Origin: Spizellomyces punctatus DAOM BR117
Taxonomy: Eukaryota
Direction: 5' to 3' (one strand)
Assembly (NCBI GenBank): GCA_000182565.2
Contig: KQ257454.1
Length of the DNA: 62,903 bases
Shown piece by piece: positions 40,555 to 52,723 of the stretch (the stretch's first letter is position 1; each line of letters begins with the position of its first letter). Both the position numbers and the translations under genes were made by a program. Below the pieces are notes generated by a model, which had not been told where the DNA came from, made no database searches, and was given only the letters and a program-made list of their open reading frames with translations.

Positions 40555-40694
40555 TGTTGTTGTCGGTCTACGGATCGCCTTTGGGTTGGACACTCTGAAT
40601 ACCACTTGCTGGCTTGTTGGCTGTGCCACAACGCGCACGTACGCCTTCACCGTTCCTCTTGGCTCACCACCTGAGGTCTGCGTGATTTTGCAAG

Positions 40695-41003
40695 ATGGTG
40701 AACGTTGACGAAGAAGTTGACCTACTCAAGCGCGAAATAAAGCGTCTTGGAACGCAAGATCCGTCTACAGGCAAGACGTCCGTAAAGTTTGGAAAGTTGG
40801 TCAGGGACGACGAATGTGCAAACATTTGTGAGTTTGCAGCGCTCCGCGAGAATGTCGAAAACCCTGTGCTAAATGAACCTTTTATTTCAGTCGAAGCCAT
40901 AGTTGGCACTCTTCGGGCAGCCAAAAAGCGGAAAATAGTCGCTTATGATGGAGAAATACTCCTCCAAGGTCCTCACGACAATGTCGACATAGTGTTACTT
41001 TAA
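40695..41003 (+). CDS. ABRACL: Costars/ABRACL family protein (one intron)
   Basis: MVNVDEEVDLLKREIKRLG...SVKFGKLVRDDECANI/FEAIVGTLRAAKKRKIVAYDGEILLQGPHDNVDIVLL. Confidence 0.92.
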   Translation: MVNVDEEVDLLKREIKRLGTQDPSTGKTSVKFGKLVRDDECANICEFAALRENVENPVLNEPFISVEAIVGTLRAAKKRKIVAYDGEILLQGPHDNVDIVLL

Positions 41004-41167
41004 ATCGACGAACAAAGTCGTAACTAAAGTTAGCTGTTCAACACACCGGGTGCCACGGTCCTTTTTTGCCACAATACTGCTCATGATATGCAGGAAGGCA
41101 TATATTACATAAAGATTGGACGAAATACACAATGTTATACATTCGCTGATATTGGCAAGTCAATCCC

Positions 41168-42279
41168 TCACTGCTCCTTAAGAACTGGTGTGCTGTTCCT
41201 CTGGGAATCCTTCACAATCTCTGGAGCCGACTTCTCAATGTCACATGCCCAGAGAGCAGCGCCAACCGTGCTCGTAGCCGTGAAAACGACGCCCAGGAAC
41301 GGGATCAACTGAAGTAGCAAGGCCAAAGTTCCGAATGCGGTGTAAGCTCCTTTCTGAGATTCAATGAAGGAATGTACTTGATCCGACGTCCACCCTTTCA
41401 GCTGGAAGTACTGTGCATGGAATGCCTGGCCCGTTCTTCGACCATTCAAGATGAAGAATACAAGCGGTCCAATAACCGGGATGAAGTTAAGAGGAAGTGT
41501 CAGGAGATACCGGGCGATGGCGGCAGGAGAAAAGCGATCCATTGTCCTTTTAGCAGCCTTGGCTATGCGCGACTGCTTCTTTGGATTACGGGCTACCAGC
41601 GCTGCCTGGCCGCAATGCACAAGAGTGCGATTGAACAGATCGTCCAGTAGGGGCTCCAGGAACAAAGCCTACCGAGCCAAAGGAGTCATCCTCATTAAAT
41701 GGGCATGTAACTTATGCGTGCAATGTCAAAACTCCAAGATACCTTGACAACCAAAGAGACAACCAACCATGACTCAACCAAGACGAGAACTACAGCTCCT
41801 GGGATGCCGAGAAAAGGCGTAGCGAATAGGGAGAGAAACGCAGCCTGGGGAACGAACTTAGAGACAAAGATTAACAAACGTCCATCGTCCCATGTGCTAA
41901 AGACTTCTCCAGAAGCACCACTAATTCTCACTCACAGTAATAAAGAACATTGCGATAGTGATAGCTAGTGAGGTAAGCGTCGCTTGTGCCACAGCTCCGC
42001 CAATGGGTTTGTACAAGTCCGAATGACTGAAAAAGTACCCGATGCCTGACAAAGATCACATTAGAAATCGCCGCCCATCTCTTCGCCCTCATTTATTGCG
42101 GAAATTGATATACCTTTTATGGGATACACATATGCACCTTTTGAAGCGGTACAAACACTGGAAATTTGCTCCACCATTTCATTGCCAATCTCTCGTGTAA
42201 AGCCTGACGGATCAGATTTGAACTCTCCCATGCGTTTACGCATAATCGCGGTTGTTTCGCGAAGCTCGTTAAAAGGCAT
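41168..42279 (-). CDS. EI24/Rrt8/Lds-like multi-pass membrane protein
   Basis: AYVYPIKG, VPQAAFLSLF, LDDLFNRTL, LTLPLNFIPVIGP, HAQYFQLKGW, YTAFG...LQLIPFLG...STVGAALWA. Confidence 0.8.
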
Positions 42280-42496
42280 GATGGCTGTTGAATTCGATGC
42301 AGAAAAAGCTAGACGACAAGGGAATACGAGAACGCAGGCCTTGATGGTGATCCCATACGCTGGTGACATCATCAGAGGTTCAGTGAGGCTTGGATTGCTT
42401 ATGTTATTGCTGCCGTAAGCTGCCGATCCCTAAACGGGGAAACGGTGTGATCGTCCCTCTGTTGTTCAGCTTGTTGCACAACGATCTACATCAGCA

Positions 42497-43862
42497 ATGG
42501 GAAACGGTCCGTCCAAGATTCCTCTGAACGGCTTAGCGGTTGTCATTACAGGCTGTGATACGGGATTTGGTTATGAAACCGCGCTCCAGCTCGCCGCGTC
42601 AAACTCAATTGTCTATGCAACCTGTCTTACAGCCGCTGGCGTGAAGAATTTTGAAAGGTTGCGGGCAGAGCAGCCAAATCTGTATGGAACCTTAAGGCCC
42701 TACCAGCTAGACGTAACCGATTGGGAAGCATGCGAACGCTTTGGCAAGTTGATTGAAGAGCAAGTCCAAGACGGTTTATTGTAATCCCCGTAAAACAAGC
42801 GTTCTCTGCTCCTTCTTTCACTCAAACTATATTTGAATAGTGGCCTGGTCAATAACGCGGGAATAAATTCTGGATCCTACTTCAGCTGGTCTACCATAGC
42901 CGAAATCCGCAAGGTACTCCAAGGCTGGACAAACTGTCAAGTATGCTATTGACGGCCGCAATCTTTCTGACAGGTTATGGACGTCAACTACATGGGCGCG
43001 GTGCACATGATGAAGGTTAGAAAGGTGACAGTTCCGCGCCTGTCATGTCAAAATTTAAATCTCTTTGGCTTCCCAGGCATTGATGCCTTCTTTGCGTCGA
43101 TTTGTGACCCTCAATCCTACCGGACACGCCCCACGCATTGTTAACATCACCTCTGTAGCGGGGCGAACGGTGGCCCCCATTATTCCAGGTGAGAAGTCTT
43201 GCAGTATCAGGGTTTTCTTGAGCGGACCTCATCATGACTGTTCCTTTCGCGGCGGGTCAAGCCTACTGCGCCTCTAAGCATGCTCTCGAAGCCATGTCCG
43301 ATGGCGTGCGTATGGAGCTGCGGCATTTTGGCATTCGCGTCGCTATTATTGAGCCGTGGTTTGCAAGGTACGTCTGCTGTGTCACTTCTGCGGGGAGAGG
43401 GGTGATATCATCCTGCCAGGGTAAGGAACATTTTCCTCTACAGCACTCCTTTGGTTGTGGGAAATGAAGATGGAAGGTCTAAGCAGATCCGTGAACGTTA
43501 TGAAAGCTTACCGCATCGCGAAGATTATGGCAAAGCCTTTTTGGATCATCACATCGGTCGTCTTAATATCCCGCCGCCAATGACAATGGAGCCCATCAAA
43601 GTTGTACGAACGATCATACGTGCTTTGCAATCTCAAGAGCCAAGGTAAGTTGTTTTGGTTTATCTCAAGAGTCCTGACACTCCTGACCACGCAATTCGGG
43701 TGCTGTAGACATAGATATATCGTTGGGGCTATGGGCGCTGTGTCCATTTTTCTCTACAGTTTTCTCCCTAGTTGGCTTAGCGACAGAATGGTTCGCTTGC
43801 CTGTCCCTCCGGCTGCAACTGTCAAAAATGGCCGACAGGGCTTATTGTCTTGGATTGCTTAG
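42497..43862 (+). CDS. Short-chain dehydrogenase/reductase (17-beta-HSD/RDH-like)
   Basis: VVITGCDTGFG, LVNNAGI, RIVNITSVAG, catalytic YCASK. Confidence 0.92.
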
Positions 43863-43995
43863 ATCCACGGTGCCTGACAGCGTATGATGGCTTCGTACCA
43901 TAGCTATAGTTTTAGACATATGGACTGCCTTTAAACCCTTTGAAGGGAGGATGCGCCTGACCTGTTTACTCATATGATACTCGTATTGAACATCC

Positions 43996-46326
43996 TTAAT
44001 CATCATCTATATCTACTTCTCGTCCTTCAAAAGTTGAACGGAGAGCGTAGAACTCCGCGTCCGAATCAATCTTGGTCGGTGGCATTTGCGCACTGTCCTC
44101 GGTGTCGGCATACTCTCCACCGCCTTTACCAACTAGCGAAATTCCGTTCATCCGTGCAAAAAGGAGCCTGAGTATTTTTTCTTTGTCAACCCACGAAAGA
44201 TCGCTAATGTCCACTTTGACATTAGGATCTAGTGGGGGTGATCCACGCGCCTCATCTTTCTCCGAGACAGATGGGGGACCTCCTATCGGTATCGGTATTT
44301 GTGCTGGCATTACTACGGACGTGGTCGGAACGGGTCGCGATGATTGAATGGGTGAAGTGACTGCTTTACTTGTCAAGATCTACACCGGTATTTAAGGTTG
44401 TCAGCAACATCCTGAAGTCGACGTATTAGTAGTTGGGGACAGCACTGACCGCCTTAAGCCTGCGGTTGTATTCAGCCTGTGCGGCCTTCCTGGCCGCATC
44501 TCGGTCTCGCCGTATTTCTGCACGTACATGCTCAAGCGCGTCCATGAAGAAACGTTCCAGGTCCGTTCGTTGGTCAAGGATATGCTGCGCTAAGCGCTAG
44601 GAACAACCAAGTCTCAATTAGTTCTGCGCACAATGCCTCATGGAGATTTCTGCGGTAAAATTACCTTTATATGCCTCATCTCCAGAGTTTTGCGATCTAA
44701 ACTCTCTTTGAGCTTACCAGCCACCCTTCTCACTTCATCTAGCTCATTTCGCGCTAAGTTGCGAATCATCTCTCGTTCATGCTCGAACTCTCGAACTACA
44801 TGAGATAGCGAATGTTCCATGCTTTGAATTTTTAAATGCAAATCTTTTATCTGTTGGAAGAATAAAAGTCCTCAATATGAGCTTACTGATCATCACAGGC
44901 GCGAGGAATGAAGCCTGTGCGATTACTTCTTTGGTTTGCTGTTTCGTCTGCAAGATCTTCTCCTTTACAATCACATCATGGAAGTCCTTTTCTTCCAGCA
45001 ACTGCTTATTGACGTTAGACAATCGACTATTGGTTTTCCCTAGATCCTCTCCTTCCTGAACATGATACCGAAGTGCCTCCGCCATTCGGATGTTTTGCCT
45101 AAAGACCTCCTTCGTGGTCTCCTTGAGGTTGGCTACTGCCTCCTAATGTACATTGTGATTAATGGCAACCGACTAGCTCTAGCGTTCCACCTGGAAATAA
45201 ACAGCTCCAAAAGAGTCACATATGCCCACCTTGTGGGCCTTTGTAGCAAGCTCGCTGATTTTCCGGTTGGCTTCCTTTTGAAGACGGATCTTTTCCTCGA
45301 AGAATTTGCGCTCCATTCGTGCAACTGTGTCCTTATGTCGACGCTCAGTATCGGCCAATTGCAGCTTCTGTTCTTCAAGTTCTTTCAGGAGTTCATGCCG
45401 CTTTTTCTGATTTATACATCAGTTTCTGACGCATTGCTTGAATGAATTCTCGGAAAGACTTACTCGGAAATCTTTTATTACGGAAAATTCCTGCTGCATT
45501 ACATTGAAAGCCGCTTCCTTCTCGGTCAACAGTACGTTCAGCTCTAAAAGGATACTACATGTTAGTGAGTTGCCGGCATGTCGGCAAACGGAATATTTAC
45601 CAGATATTCTTTGCTCATACTCGTCAACAAGATTTTCCCGGTCTTCATGTGACTTCTCAATCGCCGCCTCTATCTGGCCTCGAAGATCTTTGATCTGTCC
45701 TTCGCGCTTTTCATTCTCGCGATGGAGCGCTGCAATGACTTCCAACTGCCGGAAAATGAGCGCACATCTTCAGAACACGAATCTAATTTGCCATTTGCCA
45801 TGTACCGCATCCTTTTCTTGCTGCTGACATATCTCTTGTAGGGTTTCGTTCGTGCTAACTCTGAAGGTTCGAACAGTAATGGGCAGGTCAGGTTACCATC
45901 CACTTCCGGACTTTAATACATGCGGCAAGCAACCTACAGCCCATCCATTCGATCCCGATATTGAGTCAGGGATTTACTTGTAGCTTCTAATCTACATCAG
46001 AAAACGTTACTCATTAATGATAATGCCAATTCCCACCATTAGGTAACCTTATTTTTGAAACGCCTTACAAACATTCAGGAAACTTATTAGCAGGGCACGT
46101 ACGTCTGCTCCAAAGCAAATTCTCTTCCTGACACAAGCTCGCCTTTCGCATTGAGAACCATGTCCTTAGGTATTGCTACTGCTTTCTTCCGTTTCCCCCG
46201 CTTCTTCTTTCTATCACTGGCTTTGGGGCCGCTTGAGTCGGCGCTTCTTGCAGACGAGTTTTTATCTTTCTCGCTGTTTGCGGCTGCAAGCTCTTTCGCT
46301 TGCGCTATGGCACTAAGGGCGCTCAT
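43996..46326 (-). CDS. BBOF1: Basal body-orientation factor 1 (CCDC176), multi-exon coiled-coil protein
   Basis: Long coiled coil with QQEFSVIKDFR, ILDQRTDLERFFMDALEHVR and KVDISDLSWVDKEKILRLLFARMNG. Confidence 0.85.
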
Positions 46327-46452
46327 GATTGTGTCGCTTGCTGCTGTTAAGACGCAGGTGTACGATCCGACACTTGCAAGCGCGGAGAAAGATGCTTACG
46401 TAACCCAAAATATGACTTTGTGTTGTTTGATGTATTTAATTTTACACTACGC

Positions 46453-46539
46453 ATATATGGACGAGACCTTACAGCTATCTATGATTGGATACTTCGTATA
46501 TATGGACGAGACATTACAGCTGTCTATGATTGGATACTT
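46453..46539. repeat. Two-copy tandem duplication, period 45 bp
   Basis: ATATATGGACGAGAC(C/A)TTACAGCT(A/G)TCTATGATTGGATACTT starts at 46453 and 46498, with two mismatches. Confidence 0.9.
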
Positions 46540-46665
46540 TGGTAAACTTTCCCAGTTCTCCCTGGGTAGAATCACTCCCGTAAATTGGATCATTTGATCC
46601 CATTTGAATAATGTTCAACAACTCGGCTTGATGCAAGATGCCCGTAACGGTTCCTATGGGGTTGC

Positions 46666-49600
46666 TTAAAGGATAATATTCATCTCCAGCGATTCTCCGG
46701 CTACGTCATGGTACATACTGGCACAATGATCGTTGAGCACAGAACTCCAGAGCCGATTTGAACAAAGCAAGCGTCTTTGACCAACAATTATCATGTGCCT
46801 TTGACGAGATTGATCAATCTGGCCATGCAACCTGTCCGACGCCACAAGATGGTACCTACCTCCTAGCACGGGTCAATGCAACGTTAATTCGGCGCGGCTC
46901 ATCAATGAAACCCGCAGACTTAGTCCGCACTGTTGACAGGATAATAATGGACTTCTCCGCCCCCTGGAAAGCGTCAACGGTCGACGTCTGAAGGGTCTGT
47001 TAGCTAATGCCAGGGAAAGAGACTGTAGAAGTGTGCCTGACACCTGAGCAAGGTTCTTCAATACCCCGTCTCGTAACTTTGATGCAATCATTTCGGATTG
47101 GTCTTTGTCTGTAGAAACGTTCATCGGGTTTCAACATCATTGTGCGGATCGGGGTATACCTGACTTACACAGGCAGATAACACCGATGTCACTGGCTTCG
47201 ACACCTTTTTCTGCGAGCAGGTATGTCAACTTTACAACGAAGTCAGCCTCTGCAAGTGGACAAGTAAGTCTTCAATTTCAGCCATGGGCCAACGATTCAG
47301 GTATACCTTCAGCATTGACGAAGCTCCCTCCCCTTTGCCTTATCTCGCATCCGTTTTCCACATCCACAAAGCACAATGTTGGTAAGCCGCTTACCAGAGT
47401 CTTACAATCATCCGCAGATGTGCCATGGATCAGCTGGCCTCTATAGAATAAGGAATCGGCCACCGAGCCAATTATAGGATGACACTAAATGATAGCCGAA
47501 GTCATATGATAGGGGTTGGATTGTATTGCAATTGCTCGTGCATACCCGATACTGTGTGCGAAGAAGAATCGGCTTAAGCCCAGCGGCCGCCAATCTTTCG
47601 AATAGGGTTCTATCTAAGCCTTCCTTGTGTCCACAATTGGAAGAAATAGTTGGTGGGAGCTGAAGCGGGTCTCCAACTAGCAGTGCCTTTCGCGTACAGA
47701 ACCGAGCAAGGGGAAGGAGGGAAAGAGGCTCCGTCATTTGACTGCATTCGTCCAAGATCAATATTGTACTTTTGAAGTCATCGAAGATCTCGAAGTTCGT
47801 CGCCGAGCAGGTTACACCTAAAGAGGAACTTAGTGGGGTATTGCCTGTGCGTATCGTTGAGGATGTGGTACGAACCCACTACGAAAGATTTAGCTAGTAG
47901 AGCTTGATTTTCATTTTGCTTAAATTTGGCAATCGTCGCCCGAACAGCTGCAAAACCATCAGAAGAGAGAACTGGAAAGATGAATGTATGCACCATCTAC
48001 CTCTCCGGTCAGATTCCGTCAAAGACTCATCGAGAAGTTCCCGCAACTCTTTTGCATCTGAACGCATCAAATGAATAAGTAGATCTGAAATTCGGAAATA
48101 TGCGAAAACTGACCATCTTCCTGCTTTGATTGTGCAGTGAATGGTAACAGCAGTTTGGCGATCTTCTTGAGACTTCCGACGCGCACAAACTCCGTGAACC
48201 CAAGGTTCAGGAGTCCCTGGGATGGACGTTGTTATGGCTCTTACTCATTTGCACATGCTTTCATACAACAGGCCTACCAAGAGAATTCGATCCACGGCAA
48301 CGTTGGTCATTGAAGCTATCGTGACCTTGAATGTATCCTTTGAAACTTTGGCGGAGGTCAATATGGATGGGCATGGAATTGATGAATGATCAATCGGAAG
48401 GATGAACATACTACCAATTAGATCCAGTTCCAATATACGATGAAGGAATATTATAAGAACTGATATCAGAAAGCTGCCAGTTGAAAGTGTGAGGTATTGT
48501 TGTTGGCTTGAGGGACAACAAACAACATCCTTGCCTTTTCCCGGAACCAAACACCTCAGCAGGACGTTAGCACACCGAAAGTGTTGCTGTAAGCGTTCAG
48601 TCTAACACTTACCCCATGAACTAGTGTGATAGGCTGATGATCCGGTGTGGAAATGCTATCTGCAAACGACTGGAGGACCCTACGGGCACGACCTAAAAGA
48701 TCAGCGTTCCGTTGAATGGGACGGATCTGCCGCTCGACATCCCACCTCGTTTGGTCTGAATTTAGGCCAAATTCTTTGGAGAGGGCTTCCAGTGTGTCTT
48801 GGTATATATCCAGACAGTCTTGCTTAATCAACGGCGTACTAGCAGCGGACTTCAATGAGCGGGAGCTAGGGCACTTTTTCTGAGCGGATCCAACATCGAG
48901 TAACCATGGAAGAAGCGGTGTCTTCTCCAGGTGTTCCCGCAGGGCGTCTATCATCTGAAGTTCCCCACTCGCCTGAGCACCGCGAATTGCCCAAACCGGC
49001 TTTGCAGTCCCAGAGGCACCAAGAATATCTCGTGTCTTTCGCACATCATATGCATCTAGCGGACACAGCTAGGCTCCGAGTCAGTAATAAGATTCACCCG
49101 GCGACACTGCTCTAAACATACTTCTACTGTATCACTCTTCGAAACTCCAAAGAATAAGGAACGGGCAAGGAACGCTTCATTGAAGTCGCAGGAATCCGAG
49201 ATAATCCAAATGACATCTGCATGGTGAGAATTAATTTAACCCAAAGGGTAGATGACTCTTCAATCAACATGCCTTTGCTGTAGGCCGTGTGATGTTCTCT
49301 TTTATTGACTTTCAAGAAGATGCTGTCGCCCAAGTGCTGGCTAGGTTGATGCATATGTGATGTTTTCCGAGACCATCTGTTGGTCAAAGTGAGGGATTAT
49401 CTTGGAAGATAAGAGGTCCTGCCAAACAGCATAAATCAAGGAACAATTCATACATAAAGGAACAATTTGCATAAAAGGCCACGCCTTTGCTCCGAAGATA
49501 ATCCTCCGTGTCACCAAACGTGGCCCTCTCATTCATTGCTAGGTGAAATTTAACAGCAATAGTTGATAGTTCCACTTGCAAATGTTCCGAAACAGCGCGG

Positions 49601-51114
49601 ATAAAGTGCTCGCGATACAACTTAGGGGAGGCCTACCAACAAATCAGCTCAGAGGCCGTCCATGCACCGATTCCAGACCTCATACGTACAAACCGTGTAG
49701 GAATCAATGCGGAGCGCTTCAATTTCTTCAGCGACAGCCTGGAGCGCACTGTCACTCACAAACTTAATATGTCATAACACCGCAGTCACAGCGACTCCGT
49801 ACGGTGGATAAGCGGACTTCTATTGTCTGCAATTACCTTTTGATGTTGGAAATCGTAAGCTATCAAAGGCAGGATGGACCGCATCATGGCCCTCTCTTCA
49901 GAATTCAAAGATTGTGATGAGCTACCATTACTATTGGTAGCAAAGAGGTAACTAACTTGTCTTTGGGAATATCGCTGGATGGCAACGAAGCTTCACCCGG
50001 CTCACCCAGACGAGAATACGCCGTGCTCTCTTGATGACCTCGATCTACCGTATTGGGTTCCATGAGAAGCCTCCTTCGTTTGGCGCGCTATGGCAAAAAT
50101 CATGAGCCACACGAAAGGTTTCCACGTATTCCCCATCCTTACATTTCGGGCCAAAGTACATCACATACCTCCTGTTCTTCGACGACGGAATTTTCGTGGC
50201 ACAAAAACTGAGTGGAGTCATCGTTCTGAGCTTGGCGAAGGTTGACTAATCCATCTGGGAGACGTCCTGTACAGACCTCGTTTGATCGATGCACCGGATT
50301 CACTTTCATCAGACCGGCCAAACAGGCAGGTGGCGGTGTGGCTAAGAACATGGTTATCAGGTCCGTTGGAGATCGCAGAACCTTTTTGACTGGAGCGGTT
50401 CCACGGGATCCAGCCTTGATTCGGGCGCCACCTCCCAATGACTCTGCTTGGTGTGAAGCCTGGATTCCGCTGCCACCTTGCTTGGGCACATTCATAAGCG
50501 ACCGGCCGCCATTTTCGAGCTTTTGGCGGGGTGGCTTATAAGGTCGCGCTATGTTCAGTCCTCGCTGGGAGACCGAAGAAGATCGAATTGGGGACACTAA
50601 AGGAACAGTTGCTTTGCTATGCTCCTACTAGCCAGTAACACTCTAACAGGTAAGAGCACGAATTTTGATGAATCAACTATAGCCGTGACAAAATCACGGA
50701 CCTCATTCTCCAATTCTTTTCCGTTTCCCGGGCACAAGGGTGCTTCCACCATGCAAAAATAACGGTCAAAATCTATTTCATCACCGGGAACGACACGTCG
50801 CCATTTGTACAGGGTTTCAAGCTTGTTATCAAGATTGTCAAAGAGAGAAAGCTGAGGGAAAAGCAGATCGGGTCTCTGATTCAGCCTCATGGATAGCGTT
50901 TCCTATTGTTTGCTTCTTGCATCATCACAAGTACTACCTTGCGCGATTCTGCCTCAAACGTCACCGTCCCATCTTGCCAGTTTTTGACCTTCTTCTGGCG
51001 ATACAACTTGCGAATACTCCTCAATCAGCAAAAAAGGGTACCTCCAAGGTACTCGATTATAGAGAGATCCTGACTCACTTGACTACAATAAAGCACAGAA
51101 AATACTGTGGTCAT
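46666..51114 (-). CDS. ZGRF1: ZGRF1-like protein: N-terminal DUF2439 plus UPF1-like SF1 helicase (many exons)
   Basis: [36 protein letters not shown] Walker [53 protein letters not shown]. Confidence 0.88.
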
Positions 51115-51460
51115 TTTCGAGATGAGATACGGCACCAGCGTGTGAACGATCTCTCGACCAGTCTAATATAGCCTAATGTGTATACATTACATTCAGATTG
51201 GTCAGCATCCAGTAAGCACGGAATTGTCCTGCTACGGGAAGTCATATCAATGATTTTCTAATGACCTCCAAGTGTGTCCTTTTGGGAATTGGAATGCATT
51301 GTTTGAATCTACTCCACAGCATCCTCTGAAGGATTATTCAGAATTGCCTATCACACAAGGGCAGGCATCCTCATATATAATAGGGAAAGTATCAATTATG
51401 CACCTGAGGATGTAAGGTAGACCTGTCCTTTGGTATTCGCACGCAATTGCGAACTTGGAT

Positions 51461-51473
51461 TTTCGCGACGCGT
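51461..51473. promoter_or_regulatory. Adjacent SCB-like and MCB elements upstream of ZGRF1
   Basis: TTTCGCG (reverse complement CGCGAAA) directly followed by ACGCGT, about 350 bp upstream of the ZGRF1 ATG. Confidence 0.4.
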
Positions 51474-51540
51474 CTCGTCGTCATACCATATATAGCTATA
51501 ATCGTCATATAGCCATGTATGGCTAGAGTATGGCGCAGCG

Positions 51541-51610
51541 TGTAACAGTAGTTAGATTATGTAAGCCCCGCCGCGCCGACGACCTGTCAAAGTCGTTCGG
51601 TTCCGCGGCG
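51541..51610 (+). repeat. Candidate 6-bp target-site duplication (TGTAAC) and start of left terminal inverted repeat
   Basis: tgtaac|AGTAGTTAGATTATG; Polinton termini typically begin 5'-AG (often AGTAGT) with 6-bp TSDs. The partner end is not in the window. Confidence 0.6.
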
Positions 51611-51991
51611 GCCCCGTAATTAGAGGACTAATTGTCCCTTTATTGCATAGCGCCAATCACTTCCGATTGGTGCAAGAGGGACTGCACCGGTGGAGGTCGG
51701 AAATCTCATGCCGATGCTCCGCCGAAGGAGGGAGCAAGCATAAAAGAGCGCTGCTCCACAGTCCCTCAAGAGGGAGGAAAACAGAACTAGCCTAGTTAGC
51801 AACTCGAGTGCTGCAGAGGGCGACAGAACGGAACAGGACGGGTTTTGCATCAGCTCCATCTATGGTAACAATTTTTTGGATTTTTTTGCAAAGTGAATTT
51901 TTGGAGGACGGATGGAGTGGAGCTTTGGTATCAAAAATTCCGGGGATTCAAAAGTTCAAAATGAGCAAATTTTCTTAGAAGTTGCACATCT

Positions 51992-52198
51992 TTAAATATG
52001 TTGCCGATGTATCCATTGGTTGCATACATCTCCACATTGCATACATGCATACATGCTTCCCTTTAAATCCATTTTTGACAGCGCCCCTTGCACGGATGAA
52101 GTCCAGTGCAAATTCGCTTCGGAGTTCATTCGCCTAGCTCGCAGCATTCATTTTTGGTCTGAACCAATGCTGCCAAGAGTAACAGTAATAGAAACCAT
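51992..52198 (-). pseudogene. Small viral ORF (68 codons) with Cys/His cluster and one in-frame TGA
   Basis: MVSITVTLGSIGSDQK*MLRARR...YACMQCGDVCNQWIHRQHI; TGA at 52148-52150. Confidence 0.4.
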
Positions 52199-52268
52199 TC
52201 CAAATTAGTTCTTATGAGACAGTTTTTTGACATGTCTAGGTCAAGTTTTTGAATTCACAAAAATGTGC

Positions 52269-52529
52269 CTAGTCAAAGACAACTTCAAATATGGGAGGAA
52301 CGAAGGGTTTTGTTCTTTGTAAGGCACAAATGTCTATATATGATGAACAACACCGATGTCTTATGCTGATAGTTCTGTTCTTTCTAGTGCAAATCTCATA
52401 ATCACTTAAACAGGTATCGCATGATGCGATGCAACATTTTAGACATTTTTTAATCATCCCGATAATGGTAGCCCCACAGGTTTGACATTGCCAACCAGCC
52501 AAAGTAGCGGCATGCAATTTGTCAGGCAA
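52269..52529 (-). CDS. Small Cys-rich (putative Zn-binding) viral protein; start uncertain
   Basis: CQTC, CLKC, CDTC pairs within 86 codons; the ORF track start is not ATG. Confidence 0.45.
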   Translation of the reverse strand: MPDKLHAATLAGWQCQTCGATIIGMIKKCLKCCIASCDTCLSDYEICTRKNRTISIRHRCCSSYIDICALQRTKPFVPPIFEVVFD

Positions 52530-52723
52530 TTTGCTTCACTCTTTTGATGCTACTTTTGAAAAAGTAGCACATTAACTATTGTCTAAGTAAAAAATCTTCA
52601 TGATAATCCACATTATGGTTGGGGTCATATTTCCACATACATAAATGTTCCTTTAGGTTTGATGCGTACCTTTTTCTGTTGAGCGCGAGTTCTTCCCATC
52701 TTTATGGGAGCGGCTGGTAAATC

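Noticed and set aside
46391-46404. Possible RFX X-box upstream of BBOF1 (GATGCTTACGTAAC)
   Set aside because: Only a weak match to the X-box consensus; cannot be supported without comparative data.
46453-46539. CRISPR-like repeat
   Set aside because: Only two adjacent copies with no spacer, in a eukaryotic context with no cas genes.
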